A stretch of 64,000 bases of DNA, taken from the NCBI GenBank assembly GCA_002010065.2, contig MTMD02000002.1, positions 384,001 to 448,000 on the forward strand, given 5' to 3'. This DNA comes from Candidatus Pyrohabitans jungbluthii (GTDB lineage: Archaea > Hydrothermarchaeota > Hydrothermarchaeia > Hydrothermarchaeales > BMS3B). Positions 46,476 to 57,282 of the stretch are shown one piece after another; position 1 is the first letter of the stretch, and each line of letters opens with the position of its first letter. The position numbers and the translations under genes were made by a program. Under the pieces are notes generated by a model. That model saw nothing but the letters and a program-made list of their open reading frames with translations. It was not told where the DNA came from and made no database searches.

Positions 46476-47762
46476 ATGTATAGAGGCGAAGCTGCAAAGG
46501 TGCTTGGTGAAGCTAGGGTTGGCGACAGGATACGCGTGCTCAAGGGCGGTAGGAGCTACGAGGGCATTTTAATGCCCAGGAGCGAACTCGGAGATGATAG
46601 GCATGTGGTCATAAAGCTGGACAACGGCTACAATATAGGCGTAGAGGTTAGCAACGCTAGGGTGGAGAGGCTCGCCCCCGCGGAAGAGCCTTATTCGCGA
46701 GCCTTCCCAGAGCCAGAGTTTTCGCCAGAGAAGCCAGAGATAACCATCCTGGGCACAGGAGGAACAATAGCTTCGAAGATAGACTACAAAACGGGAGCGG
46801 TGCACCCCTCCTTCACCGCCGCTGAGATTATAAACGCCGTACCCGAGCTTGCTGATGTGGCGAGGGTGAAGACAAAGCTTCTCTTCAACATCCTCAGCGA
46901 GAACATGACGCCGGAGCACTGGAAGAAGATTGCTAGCGAGGTTGCCAAGGAGCTTAACGGCGACGCCTATGGCGTGGTAGTGGCTCATGGCACTGACACC
47001 ATGAGCTTCACGGCGAGCGCTCTCGCATTCATGCTCAAAAACCTTACTAAACCTGTGATATTCGTTGGCTCGCAGCGCTCCAGCGACAGACCGAGCAGCG
47101 ACGCAGCGCTGAACCTAATCGCCGCCGCAAAGGTGGCATGTAGTGAGCTTGCGGAGGTGGTTGTGGTTATGCATGCGCAGAGCAGCGACACCACCTGCGC
47201 AATACACAGGGCGACGAAGGTCAGGAAGATGCACTCCTCGCGCAGAGATGCCTTCAAGAGCATAAACGCTTTACCTTTGGGTGAGGTTGGCGAGGATGTG
47301 AGGCTCTTCGGGAGCTATAGAAGGCGAAGTGAGGGCGAGGTTTACGCTGACACCCGCCTGGAAGAGCGCGTTGCTCTGTTTAAGGTTTACCCAGGTGTGA
47401 GCGAGGAGCTTCTGGAGTACTGCGTGGATAGGTACAAGGGGATAGTGCTGGAAGGTACCGGCTTGGGGCACGTGCCAGAGAATCTGCTGCCAGCGATTGA
47501 GCGCGCTCGCGAGGAAGGTGTTGCTGTGGTGATGACCACCACCACGCTCTACGGCAGGGTAGACATGAAAGTATACTCCACGGGAAGGAGGCTTTTAAAC
47601 CTTGGCGTAATCCCGGGCGAGGACATGCTTCCCGAGGTGGCGTACGTCAAGCTCATGCACGTGCTTGGGATAACCCAGAACTACGAAGAGGTTCGTGGGC
47701 TAATGCTGCGCAGCCTCGCCGGCGAAATTACAGAGCGCAGCTTGGCGGATGCCTTCTACTGA
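46476..47762 (+). CDS. gatD: Glu-tRNA(Gln) amidotransferase subunit D
   Basis: KLDNGYNIG, TGGTIASKIDY, HGTDTM, SQRSSDRPSSD. Confidence 0.96.
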   Translation: MYRGEAAKVLGEARVGDRIRVLKGGRSYEGILMPRSELGDDRHVVIKLDNGYNIGVEVSNARVERLAPAEEPYSRAFPEPEFSPEKPEITILGTGGTIASKIDYKTGAVHPSFTAAEIINAVPELADVARVKTKLLFNILSENMTPEHWKKIASEVAKELNGDAYGVVVAHGTDTMSFTASALAFMLKNLTKPVIFVGSQRSSDRPSSDAALNLIAAAKVACSELAEVVVVMHAQSSDTTCAIHRATKVRKMHSSRRDAFKSINALPLGEVGEDVRLFGSYRRRSEGEVYADTRLEERVALFKVYPGVSEELLEYCVDRYKGIVLEGTGLGHVPENLLPAIERAREEGVAVVMTTTTLYGRVDMKVYSTGRRLLNLGVIPGEDMLPEVAYVKLMHVLGITQNYEEVRGLMLRSLAGEITERSLADAFY

Positions 47763-47771
47763 GGTGGAGCT

Positions 47772-49661
47772 ATGGAAGGGCTAAGGGTAGGGTTTGAAAT
47801 ACACCAGCAACTGGCTACGAGAAAGCTTTTCTGCAACTGTGAGAGTGAGCTTCGGGAAGAGGAGCCTGAACTGAAAATTCTCCGCCGCCTGAGACCGACG
47901 CAGAGCGAGCTGGGCGAGATTGACCGCGCTGCTTTAGAGGAGTACCTGAAGGGGAGGTGCTACGAATACGAGGTGCCTGGCGACGTTTCTTGCCTAGTGG
48001 AGATGGACGAGGAGCCGCCGCACAACGTTAATATCGACGCCGTCAAGGCCGCGCTTGAGGTTGCTCTCCTCCTTAACGCCCAGCCTGTTGATGAAATCCA
48101 CTTCATGCGCAAGATTGTGATAGACGGGAGCAACACATCTGGTTTTCAGCGCACTGCAGTAATAGCCATGGACGGCTATGTGAAAACCGCCAAAGGGAAG
48201 GTGCGCATTCCTACTATCTGCCTTGAGGAGGAGGCTGCGAGAAAGATACGCGAGGAGGGGAGTAAGACAGTGTACCGCCTCGATCGCCTGGGTATACCGC
48301 TGATAGAGATAAGCACCTCTCCGGATATAACCTCTCCCGAAGAGGCACGGGAGGTTGCGCTTAAGATAGGCGAGATTCTCCGTGCCACAGGTAAGGTTAA
48401 GCGCGGCATAGGTACGATACGCCAGGATATAAACGTCTCCATCGCTGGTGGAGCGAGAGTTGAGATTAAGGGTGTGCAGGACTTAAACCTGATACCCAAG
48501 ATAATTGAGAAGGAGGCGGAGAGGCAGAGGAAGCTTATAGAAATTGCGCAGGAGCTGAAAAGGCGCGGGGTTGAGGAAGTCCATCTCGAGTTTTCGCCTG
48601 TTGATGTCTCAGAAATCTTCGCTTCCACGGAGTCAAAGCTGGTGGCGAAGGTGATGAAGAGAGGCGGAGTCGTTCTCGCCGTGAAGCTGCCCGGCTTTAG
48701 GGGTTTGATTGGCGGTGCAAAGGAGGAGCCCCGTCTGGGAAGTGAGCTTGCCCAGTACGCGCGTATAAAGGCAGGGGTTGGCGGGATATTCCACTCCGAC
48801 GAGCTTCCAAGCTATGGCATCTCCGCCAGCGAGGTTGAAGCTGTAGCGGATAAGCTGAGTCTGTCTGAGATTGACGCCTTTGTGCTCGTGGCTGAGGAGC
48901 GGGAGAAGGCGCTTAAAGCTCTGCAAGCTGTGCTGGAGCGCGCAAAGCTTGCGCTGAAAGGCGTACCTGAGGAGACGCGTGTGGCGCAGAGCGACGCCAC
49001 GACGCGCTACATGCGCCCCTTACCCGGGGCGGCGAGGATGTACCCCGAGACAGACCTGGCACCCTTTGTTGTTGATGAGAAGCTTATCGCCGAGCTCCGA
49101 GCCTCGCTGCCCGAGCTGTACGAGGAGAAAATCGCGAGATTTCTGAAGCAGTACAACCTGAGCCAGGAGCTTGCAACACAGGTGGTTAAAAGTGAGCGTG
49201 CACAGCTATTCGAGGAGCTGGTCGCGAGCGGTGCTTCTCCTAAGCTTGTGGCGACGACGCTTGTTTCCACGCTTCGGGAGCTTCGCCGCGAGGGCTACGC
49301 GGTGGAAAATATAAAGGATGAGAGATTCAGGGAGATGTTTGCCCTTGTGGCTGAGCAGAAGCTTGCGAAGGAGGCTATTCCCGAGGTTATTAAAGCGCTG
49401 AGCAGGACACCTGAGAGGAGTTGTGAGGAGATACTGGCAGAGCTTGGGCTAAAGGGCTTTTCAGAAGCGGATGTACGTGGGCTGGTGAGGAGGGTTATAA
49501 AGGAGAGGGCAGAGTTTGTGAGAGAGCGCGGTGAGGGCGCAGTGAAGCCACTCATGGGCGTGCTTATGAAGGAGCTGCGCGGCAGGGTGGAGGGTAGGGT
49601 GGTGATGAAAATCCTCGAGGAAGAGCTGAGGGGTTACCTGAAGGATGGCTTCCAAGGTTAG
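47772..49661 (+). CDS. gatE: Glu-tRNA(Gln) amidotransferase subunit E
   Basis: GFEIHQQL..KLFC, DGSNTSGFQRT, IRQDINVSI, PLPGAARMYPETD. Confidence 0.96.
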   Translation: MEGLRVGFEIHQQLATRKLFCNCESELREEEPELKILRRLRPTQSELGEIDRAALEEYLKGRCYEYEVPGDVSCLVEMDEEPPHNVNIDAVKAALEVALLLNAQPVDEIHFMRKIVIDGSNTSGFQRTAVIAMDGYVKTAKGKVRIPTICLEEEAARKIREEGSKTVYRLDRLGIPLIEISTSPDITSPEEAREVALKIGEILRATGKVKRGIGTIRQDINVSIAGGARVEIKGVQDLNLIPKIIEKEAERQRKLIEIAQELKRRGVEEVHLEFSPVDVSEIFASTESKLVAKVMKRGGVVLAVKLPGFRGLIGGAKEEPRLGSELAQYARIKAGVGGIFHSDELPSYGISASEVEAVADKLSLSEIDAFVLVAEEREKALKALQAVLERAKLALKGVPEETRVAQSDATTRYMRPLPGAARMYPETDLAPFVVDEKLIAELRASLPELYEEKIARFLKQYNLSQELATQVVKSERAQLFEELVASGASPKLVATTLVSTLRELRREGYAVENIKDERFREMFALVAEQKLAKEAIPEVIKALSRTPERSCEEILAELGLKGFSEADVRGLVRRVIKERAEFVRERGEGAVKPLMGVLMKELRGRVEGRVVMKILEEELRGYLKDGFQG

Positions 49662-50706
49662 GGTTAAGGATAGGTTAAGGAAGCTGCTGGAAACGCGAAG
49701 CGAGAGTGGTGGCGAGGGCGAGGTCAGAGAGCTTCTGAAGGAGTGGCTGGAGGACGACGCCGGGCTACATACACAGGTGGACAGCGAGGGCAACCTTATT
49801 GCAGGGCGAGACGAGGGCAGAGGCAAAGCGGTGGTGCTCAATGGACACATGGACACTGTGCCAGGCTACTACGGCGTCGCCGAGGAGGGTGACATCCTCC
49901 TTGCAAGGGGAGCGGTGGACATGAAGGCTGGTTTAGCAGGCATAGTGGAAGCTCTGAAGGAGCTTCGTAACGGGGAGCTGAAGTACAACGTTGAGGTGCA
50001 CTTCGTCGTAAAGGAAGAGGCGCCGCAACCTTCGGGTACCTCTGTGCTCGCGAAGCGCTGCAGAGCAAGCCTGGCAATAGTTGCGGAGCCCACCAGTCTT
50101 GAGCTCTACCTGGGGCAGCGGGGCAGGGTTACCATGGAGGTGAGCGTCCGCGGCAGGGCGGCGCATGCAAGCAGGGCTGAGAAGGGGATAAATGCGATTT
50201 ACAAAGCTATCGACGCTATAGAGAGGCTTCGTCTCTTACCACTGCCAGAGCACCCGGTGGTGGGTAAAGCCAGCCTCGAGATTACGGCTATAGAGGCAGG
50301 GGTGGCTGCAAATGTGGTGCCTGAGGTGTGCACCTTTACCATAGACAGGAGGCTAACCCTTGGGGAGACTCCCGAGGAGACGATGAAGCAGGTTCACAGG
50401 GCGCTGGCAGGTATGGAGTACACCGCCAGGCTTATAAATGGCGACACCTTTTCCAAACCCTTTCTCGTGGATGAAGATGAGCCCCTCGTTAGGGAGCTTT
50501 CCGGCGCGATTTCGCGGCGACGTGAGCTGCGCTACGGTGTTAGCAGGGCTACTACCGACGCCTCCTACTACCACAGCGCAGGCATACCTGCGGTGATCTT
50601 TGGTCCCGGCGATCCATCGCTTGCCCACACAAGAGAGGAGCGAATAGATATAAATGAGGTTGTTGAGTTTGCGGATATAATTGTTGATTTCCTGAGGTTA
50701 TGCTGA
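49645..50706 (+). CDS. M20 family metallohydrolase (ArgE/LysK-like deacylase)
   Basis: NGHMDTVP, RGAVDMKAG, KEE, AEPT, GRAAHAS, GPGD..LAHTREE. Confidence 0.88.
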   Translation: MASKVRVKDRLRKLLETRSESGGEGEVRELLKEWLEDDAGLHTQVDSEGNLIAGRDEGRGKAVVLNGHMDTVPGYYGVAEEGDILLARGAVDMKAGLAGIVEALKELRNGELKYNVEVHFVVKEEAPQPSGTSVLAKRCRASLAIVAEPTSLELYLGQRGRVTMEVSVRGRAAHASRAEKGINAIYKAIDAIERLRLLPLPEHPVVGKASLEITAIEAGVAANVVPEVCTFTIDRRLTLGETPEETMKQVHRALAGMEYTARLINGDTFSKPFLVDEDEPLVRELSGAISRRRELRYGVSRATTDASYYHSAGIPAVIFGPGDPSLAHTREERIDINEVVEFADIIVDFLRLC

Positions 50707-52484
50707 TGTGCGGGATAGTTGGCTACGTAGGCAAGAGAAACGCTGGCAAAGTGATATTTCAGGGCTTAAAGCGCTTGGAATACAGAGGTTACGACTCCTG
50801 CGGCATCGCGAGCATAGATGGCGAGCTAATGGTAAAGAAAGACGTGGGCATGATAGATGAGATTGAGCGCAGGCTCAGGCTGAGCGACATTAAGGGCAGC
50901 ATTGGAGTAGGTCACACGCGCTGGGCGACCCATGGAGGCGTGACTAGGGATAACGCCCACCCCCACTTAGACTGCAAAGGTGAGATTGCTGTAGTGCACA
51001 ATGGAATAATCTCCAACCATGAGGAGCTTAGGAAGCGCCTCGAGGCGAAGGGGCACGTTTTTGCTTCAGAGACAGACACCGAGGTTGTACCCCACCTTAT
51101 CGAAGAGTATTACACCACCAGCCTCGAGGAGGCGGTGCGGCGAGCGCTGTCAGATGTGGAGGGAACCTACGCCCTGCTGGTTATCTCTACGAGGGAGCCG
51201 GAAAAGATAATCGCTGCCCGCAGGGAGTCTCCGCTGGTGCTGGGAGTAGGCGAGGGCGAGATGTTCGTTGCTTCTGATATATTTTCCTTTCTGAAGCACA
51301 CGCGCACAGCTTTGCCCTTGGACGATGGGGAGTACGCTGTTATCACCGCCCACGGCTACGTGGTCAAAGAGCTTGCGACAGGTAAGGAGAAGCGCAAGCA
51401 GGTTATAAACGTGGACTGGAGCGATGAGGAGGCGAGGAAGGAAGGTTATGCTCATTTTATGTTAAAAGAGATTCACGAGCAGCCTCGCACAGTGGCAAGC
51501 GCTCTTAATATATACCACGAGGACGTTGAAAAGCTTGCGGAGATGATAGACGCCACTGAAAGGGTTTACATCACAGGCGCTGGCACGAGTTTGCACGCCG
51601 CAATGGTGGCTGAGTACTGGTTTGCGAGCCTGGCTGAGAAGGTGGTCATCGCCATCGATTCTTCTGAGCTGAAAAACAAGGGCGTGGTGGATGAGAACAC
51701 CCTTGTGATTGGCATAACCCAGAGCGGGGAGACCTACGACACCCTGGCAGCGCTGCGCTACGCCAAGCAGAGGCAAGCGCGTACCGCGGCGATAGTGAAC
51801 GTAATAGGCTCCACCGCCACTAGGTTAGTGGACCACGTGCTCATGCAGGGCTCTGGAATAGAAATCGCCGTGTGCGCCACCAAGACCTACACCTCGCAGC
51901 TAACGCTTCTCCTTCGCGTTGCCCTTGAGCTTGCTGAGAGACGTGGCAGAGATGTGAGCAGACTTAAAGAAGAGCTTCAGAGGCTTCCTGAGAAGATGAG
52001 CGAAGTACTTGAGCTTGAGCCAGAGATTAAGCGCGTTGCCGAGGAGTACTTCAACGTTAAAAACTACCTCTTCATAGGCAAGGGCATAAACCACCCCACT
52101 GCCCTTGAGGGCGCGCTTAAGCTCAAGGAGATTTCCTACCTCCATGCCGAGGGCATGAGTTCTGGCTTGCTCAAGCACGGGACCATCTCGCTGATAGATG
52201 AGGACATGCACACCGTCGCCTTCGTCCCCGCGGAGGGAGAGAACAGGAAGCGGATAATGAGCAACATTCAGGAAGTTAAGGCAAGGCAGGGCGTGGTTAT
52301 AGCCATAGCCTCGGACGAACCCGTGGCAAGCGACGCGTGCATAAGCATTGCAAAATGCAGCGAGGAGGTATCGCCCATCATGTTCGCCCCTGTTTTCCAG
52401 CTCCTCGCATACTACGTCGCCCTTAAGCTCGGTCGTAATGTGGACAAGCCGCGAGCCCTCGCCAAGTCGGTGACTGTGGAGTGA
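50706..52484 (+). CDS. glmS: Glutamine-fructose-6-phosphate transaminase (isomerizing)
   Basis: MCGIVG, LEYRGYDS, GHTRWATHG, TQSGET, LAKSVTVE. Confidence 0.97.
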   Translation: MCGIVGYVGKRNAGKVIFQGLKRLEYRGYDSCGIASIDGELMVKKDVGMIDEIERRLRLSDIKGSIGVGHTRWATHGGVTRDNAHPHLDCKGEIAVVHNGIISNHEELRKRLEAKGHVFASETDTEVVPHLIEEYYTTSLEEAVRRALSDVEGTYALLVISTREPEKIIAARRESPLVLGVGEGEMFVASDIFSFLKHTRTALPLDDGEYAVITAHGYVVKELATGKEKRKQVINVDWSDEEARKEGYAHFMLKEIHEQPRTVASALNIYHEDVEKLAEMIDATERVYITGAGTSLHAAMVAEYWFASLAEKVVIAIDSSELKNKGVVDENTLVIGITQSGETYDTLAALRYAKQRQARTAAIVNVIGSTATRLVDHVLMQGSGIEIAVCATKTYTSQLTLLLRVALELAERRGRDVSRLKEELQRLPEKMSEVLELEPEIKRVAEEYFNVKNYLFIGKGINHPTALEGALKLKEISYLHAEGMSSGLLKHGTISLIDEDMHTVAFVPAEGENRKRIMSNIQEVKARQGVVIAIASDEPVASDACISIAKCSEEVSPIMFAPVFQLLAYYVALKLGRNVDKPRALAKSVTVE

Positions 52485-52582
52485 CAAACCTTAAATATAA
52501 GTATTTGCTATTTATATTAAGCAGAAAATAGCAGCAAATTTTTTAAATAAAAGGAGGAAGTCCCATTAGGGAATGGCTAGAC

Positions 52583-53140
52583 TTGGATGAAAAGGACAAA
52601 AAGATAATCTCCCTTCTGGAGGAAAATCCTGACCTCTCCCAGAGTGAGATTGCAGCCCAGGTTGGCATCTCTCAGCCCAGCGTCGGCGTGAGGCTTCGGA
52701 AGCTGAAGGAGAAGGGGGCTCTCTCCTTTCTTATAGGCATGAACTTCAAGAAGATTGACCTCTTTCTGGTTAACGTGGAGATGACAGCCGAGAACTCTAC
52801 GGAAATTCTTAAAAAATTCCGTGGATGCCCCTACTTCCTCAACGGCTTTGTGGTTTCAGGCAAAAAGAATCTCTCCCTCTTCTTTGTGAGCGAAGACCTG
52901 ACGACAATCGACTCCCTTGTGGATGCGCACCTCAGAAACAGGGAGGACGTGAAAGATGTGGAGGTAAACATTGTGATTACCTCCTACAAGGATCTAATTT
53001 TCCCTGTAAGGATGAAGATGGAGAAGTCCGACTCGCCACCATGTGGCAGCAAGGGCAGTTGCGGCGAGTGTAGGTACTATCAGATTGGTCACTGCCTCGG
53101 GTGCCCAGTGACGGGTCACTACCGGGGCAAGTTCTGGTGA
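52583..53140 (+). CDS. Lrp/AsnC family regulator with C-terminal Cys cluster
   Basis: DEKDKKII..L...SQSEIA..VGISQPSV..RL; tail C...CGEC...CLGCP. Confidence 0.85.
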   Translation: MDEKDKKIISLLEENPDLSQSEIAAQVGISQPSVGVRLRKLKEKGALSFLIGMNFKKIDLFLVNVEMTAENSTEILKKFRGCPYFLNGFVVSGKKNLSLFFVSEDLTTIDSLVDAHLRNREDVKDVEVNIVITSYKDLIFPVRMKMEKSDSPPCGSKGSCGECRYYQIGHCLGCPVTGHYRGKFW

Positions 53141-53349
53141 AGTAGCCACACTGTATATGAATCACATTAAAACGTTCAGAGTGATGCCGAGAAGGGCTAT
53201 GGTGTTTGCCAGAATGTACTTCTTCGCCTTTCGCTGGCTCACAATGGAGGGAAGCGAGTATTAAAGCAAGAATTATGGCTACCACATTTATCTCCCCCGG
53301 GAGCTACTGTCCACCCAGCGAGAACAGCGCAGCTTCTGAGGCTCCGCCC

Positions 53350-53931
53350 TTAATTAGCCCTCTTGCCGGACTGCCATCTGAGCAGTGCCCTTGCGAGCAG
53401 GCGCGCCACCTTGAGTGGCTCTGGTACGGAGCCCTGGAGTGTGAAGAGGTTGAGGGCATGCCTAACCTCGTGCAGCGAGAGCCCGCGGTAGCGTACGAAT
53501 ACCCTGTAACCTGTGCTGAGCCTAACTTCGCTGCGCTCACCGAGGCGGCGGTATATCTCCAGCCTCGCTTCTGCGTCGCTGAACTCGCGCAGGTACTTCT
53601 CCAAGCCAGTACTCTCCTCGTAGGTGACGCAGATTACAGGCGTGGAGAGGGTTTCATAAACCTCGTCTAAGTCGATGAGGTTGAAAAGGCTTATCACGCA
53701 GCCGTTGAGCAGGATTAGGTTGATGTCCCGCCGCCCAAGCTGGTTGTAAATCTCAAACACGCCCTGCGTAGCGTCTAAACCGCGAAGAGTTATCTCAGCA
53801 AACCCAAAGCCGTCTATCTGCAGGTCGCCGCGCATAACCACGCCTGCCAGAATAGCTTTGTTGCGCTGCTTGACAAAGCTCTCCGCTATGCCCAGAGCGC
53901 GAAGCCCGCGCTTGAAGAAGTGCAGCGGCAT
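53350..53931 (-). CDS. DUF99 family (endonuclease V-like) protein
   Basis: RALGIAESF, LAGVVMRGD, GLDAT, FNLIDL, VPEPLKVARL. Confidence 0.85.
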   Translation of the reverse strand: MPLHFFKRGLRALGIAESFVKQRNKAILAGVVMRGDLQIDGFGFAEITLRGLDATQGVFEIYNQLGRRDINLILLNGCVISLFNLIDLDEVYETLSTPVICVTYEESTGLEKYLREFSDAEARLEIYRRLGERSEVRLSTGYRVFVRYRGLSLHEVRHALNLFTLQGSVPEPLKVARLLARALLRWQSGKRAN

Positions 53932-53969
53932 GAGTTTTAGTTTGTTTGAGGGTTTATATACTCCTTGCC

Positions 53970-54749
53970 TTACTTCCACCCAGCGAACTGGCGGAGGTAC
54001 TCCTCCTCCATGAAGTGGAGCTCCCCCGGAATTATAATCGTATGCGGCAGAGCGCCAAGCTCAGCTTTCAAAAGTTCACTGATTTTCCCTGCCTTCACTC
54101 TTGTCTGGGGAGCGCCCGCAGCTGAGACCACTACCGCAAGAGTATCGCCGCTCACAACGCCTTCGCCCCGTTTTTTTTCCAGAGTAAGGAGTATCTCCAG
54201 AGCCTCCTTCGCGGACATCATGTACACCTCGTCCTTGCCAACCTTTATGTCCAGAAAGAGCAGGGTGTGCAGCCCCCGGGAGAGGTTTTCCTTAATCACA
54301 TCGTAGGGAGTCTCGGGAAAAAAGTCACCCTCAGGCTTTGCAACGGTTGCGCTCCTGCCGAACTTGTAGTTGTGCAGACCCGTAAGCGATGGCACGGCGG
54401 AGATTATCGAAGCGTTGTGCACCACACGGGTGGGTATCCCGCGCTTCTCTGCCTCAAGGCGAAGTGCTGCATGCGTCGTCGACACCATTGCGTCGCCGGG
54501 CACGAGCAGAGCTACATTGCGCTCCTTCGCTGGCTTTAAAATAACCTCCTCGGCTCGCTCCTCTACATCGCCCCTGCTCAGCAGCTGTATGCGCTTGCCT
54601 GAAAGCTTCTCCAGGCGTTCAAGGCTCAGCCCGGGCATGCGGGAGGTGTACAACTCCACAAAGGCTAAGTCGCACCGCTTAAGCTCCTCCAAGCCGCGCA
54701 AGGTTATGTCCATCTCGTCGTATAACCCCAAGCCTATGAATATGAGCAT
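53970..54749 (-). CDS. dph5: Diphthine synthase
   Basis: FIGLGLYD, ELYTS, LLVPGD..STTH, NYKFG, GLHTLLFLD. Confidence 0.95.
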   Translation of the reverse strand: MLIFIGLGLYDEMDITLRGLEELKRCDLAFVELYTSRMPGLSLERLEKLSGKRIQLLSRGDVEERAEEVILKPAKERNVALLVPGDAMVSTTHAALRLEAEKRGIPTRVVHNASIISAVPSLTGLHNYKFGRSATVAKPEGDFFPETPYDVIKENLSRGLHTLLFLDIKVGKDEVYMMSAKEALEILLTLEKKRGEGVVSGDTLAVVVSAAGAPQTRVKAGKISELLKAELGALPHTIIIPGELHFMEEEYLRQFAGWK

Positions 54750-54782
54750 AAATAAATACTCGCATGGGTTATAAAAAAGGGT

Positions 54783-55796
54783 ATGCTGGGCGTGCGTGTT
54801 CCTGCGAGGGAGGCGGAAAAGGCAAGGCGAGCGCTTCTTGCAGCGGGGGCGCTGGCAAAGGAGTATAGGATTAAGAGGCAGGGGAGTTATGTGATTCTCC
54901 CTGTTAAGGAGGAGGCACGAGACCTTTTGCAGGGCTACGAGGTGGTGGAGACTGAGTTCGAGTCTCTGGAAAAGCGTAAAAGCTTTGAGGACAGGCTGAG
55001 GGAACTTTTAAGCCCTCAAGAGTTTGTGCTGGTGAGGCGAAGCTTTGACATAATTGGAGACCTCGCCATTCTTGAAGTTCCCGATGAACTGTTCCACAGG
55101 AAGCATGAAATTGCGAGGGCACTCATGGAGGCACATAAAAACATTAAGGCGGTGTTCTGCAAGCGCAGTGAGGTTAAGGGCGAAGCTAGGGTGCGTGAGC
55201 TTGAGCACCTCGCCGGGGAGCGCAGGAGTGAAACGGTGCATCGGGAACATGGTCTAAGGCTCAAGCTGGACATTGCAAAAGTCTACTTCTCCCCCCGTCT
55301 TGCCTACGAGAGGCAGCGTGTGCTCAAGCAGGTGCAGGATGGCGAGGTTATAGTTGACCTATTCGCCGGCGTTGGTCCCTTTGCGCTCCTCTTCGCGAGG
55401 CATCGAAGGGTCAGGGTTTACGCCATAGATATAAACCCTGAGGCGGTGAGGTATCTTAGGGAGAACATCGCGCTTAACAAGCTAAAGGGTGAGGTTATAC
55501 CCCTGCTGGGCGATGCCCGCGAGGTGGCGCCACGAGGCGTAGCCTCGCGCGTAATAATGAACTTGCCAAAGAGCAGCGACGCATTCCTAGACCTTGCCTT
55601 TGAGGTTTTGAAACCCGAAGGAGGGGTGGTACACTTCTACACCATTGCACCCGAGGAGAACCTCTGGGGCAAGGCTGAGCTTGCTCGTAGTGTAGCGAAG
55701 CGCATGGGAAAGAGACTAGAGGTCCTGGAAAAGCGGGTGGTGCGCACCTACTCGCCGCGAAATTATCACGTGGTTTTTGACCTCAGGGTCTCCTGA
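54783..55796 (+). CDS. trm5: Trm5-family tRNA (guanine37-N1) methyltransferase
   Basis: SFDIIGDLA, VYFSPRL..ER, DLFAGVGPF, IDINP, IMNLP. Confidence 0.85.
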   Translation: MLGVRVPAREAEKARRALLAAGALAKEYRIKRQGSYVILPVKEEARDLLQGYEVVETEFESLEKRKSFEDRLRELLSPQEFVLVRRSFDIIGDLAILEVPDELFHRKHEIARALMEAHKNIKAVFCKRSEVKGEARVRELEHLAGERRSETVHREHGLRLKLDIAKVYFSPRLAYERQRVLKQVQDGEVIVDLFAGVGPFALLFARHRRVRVYAIDINPEAVRYLRENIALNKLKGEVIPLLGDAREVAPRGVASRVIMNLPKSSDAFLDLAFEVLKPEGGVVHFYTIAPEENLWGKAELARSVAKRMGKRLEVLEKRVVRTYSPRNYHVVFDLRVS

Positions 55797-56259
55797 AAAA
55801 GCTCCGCCTGCGCAGGGTTTCGAAGTTAAGAGGTAAAAGCTCTGGCTTATAGGCAGCGAGGAATAAAAGCATGCCTATCGCGTCGGTGCCAATTCCAAAG
55901 AAAGCTAAGTAGTGGTCGAATATGCTGTAGCTCTCCACTACCGGAAAATCGTAGTCAATAAACGGGTAAAACCAGGGTATAAAGGAGTAGGCGTCCTCTA
56001 TGAGATGGGCGACGCAGCCTAGGGCGAGGGCTACGCCAGCCCGTCTTCCGCGAAGCAGGGCAAGCGCGCCTCCTGCAATGGCAGCGAAGGCGAGGGTGTG
56101 AGCGATGAAGCGCCCAGATCCGATGCCGAAGAAAATCAGCAGGATTTTATCCACTAGGTCGGGGAGAAGTACGCCCAGGGCGAGAAAGCCAAGGCTGAGT
56201 TTAAGCTTCCTGCCAAAAAGCAGAGTGAAGGTCACGTGACCAAGGGGATACATAATCAA
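55783..56259 (-). CDS. Membrane metal-dependent hydrolase (YdjM-like)
   Basis: GH...LPDLVDK...R.IAHTL...HLIED. Confidence 0.8.
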   Translation of the reverse strand: MIMYPLGHVTFTLLFGRKLKLSLGFLALGVLLPDLVDKILLIFFGIGSGRFIAHTLAFAAIAGGALALLRGRRAGVALALGCVAHLIEDAYSFIPWFYPFIDYDFPVVESYSIFDHYLAFFGIGTDAIGMLLFLAAYKPELLPLNFETLRRRSFFRRP

Positions 56260-56295
56260 AAACCCTTTTTTACGGGGTATATATAAGTTAACCCT

Positions 56296-57282
56296 ATGAA
56301 ACTCTCACAGCTTGGCGAGCGCAGGGTAATTGAGATTTTCGCGGAGGTTTTCGGAGGCTGCGATATTGCTGAGGTGGGAATAGGCGATGATGCAAGCGTG
56401 TTGAGAGTCGGTGACGCCCTGATTGTGGTTTCTACTGACATGATTCGCGAAGGCACGCACATCCCCAGAGAGATGACGCCGGAGCAAGCTGGAGGATACG
56501 CGGTCAATGTTAACCTCAGTGACCTCGCAGCCATGGGTGCAAAGCCTTTAGCGATGCTCTTTTCCTTTGGCTTGCCGGGCAGCAAGGATGAGGAGTTTGT
56601 GAGGAGGCTTGCGCGGGGTATAAGGGAAGCCTGCGATTCTCACGGCGTTTGCGTTATAGGAGGCGATACCAAGGAGCATGAGGAGATGGTAATCTCAGGC
56701 GTTGCCCTGGGTATCGCTGGGAGCGGGAGATACCTCACGCGTGGCGGAGCCAGGGCAGGGGATGTGCTCTGCGTTACAGGTAGCATAGGCAGCGCTGCCG
56801 CTGGCTTTTACTGCCTTACGAAGAATATAGAGCATCCCAAGAGGGAGGAGTTCATCAAAGCTGCGCTTGAGCCTAAAGCCAGGGTTAAAGAGGGGCTCGC
56901 ACTCGCAGGCGTTGCTAGTGCCTGCATGGACATAAGCGATGGGCTTGCTTTTAGTTTGAGCGAAATTGCGCGCAAGAGCGGTGTGGGCTTCGAGGTTTAC
57001 GAGGAGCGCGTACCGCGAGATAAAGCGGTTAAGGAAATAGCTGCTCTTGCGAAGGTGGATGAGAGGGAGATAATCTTCCACAAGGGCGGAGACTTCGAGC
57101 TTCTTTTCACCATAAGCGAAGAGTCGCTGCCCGCATTGCGTGCTGAGTTCAGAAGAAAAAAGCTGGCGCCGATTGCGGAGATAGGCAGGGTTGTCGAGGA
57201 AGGGTGCTGGCTGATAACAAAAGAGGGCCAGAGGATAGAGCTTCCAGCGCGGGGATATGAGGCATTCAAAAGCAGGTTTTAA
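56296..57282 (+). CDS. thiL: Thiamine-monophosphate kinase
   Basis: GIGDDA, STD, NLSDLAAMGAKP, GGDT, DISDGL, GGDFELLFT. Confidence 0.95.
   Translation: MKLSQLGERRVIEIFAEVFGGCDIAEVGIGDDASVLRVGDALIVVSTDMIREGTHIPREMTPEQAGGYAVNVNLSDLAAMGAKPLAMLFSFGLPGSKDEEFVRRLARGIREACDSHGVCVIGGDTKEHEEMVISGVALGIAGSGRYLTRGGARAGDVLCVTGSIGSAAAGFYCLTKNIEHPKREEFIKAALEPKARVKEGLALAGVASACMDISDGLAFSLSEIARKSGVGFEVYEERVPRDKAVKEIAALAKVDEREIIFHKGGDFELLFTISEESLPALRAEFRRKKLAPIAEIGRVVEEGCWLITKEGQRIELPARGYEAFKSRF

Noticed and set aside
53163-53285. Possible frameshifted small membrane protein on the minus strand
   Set aside because: Two short hydrophobic frames only; not enough to support a call.
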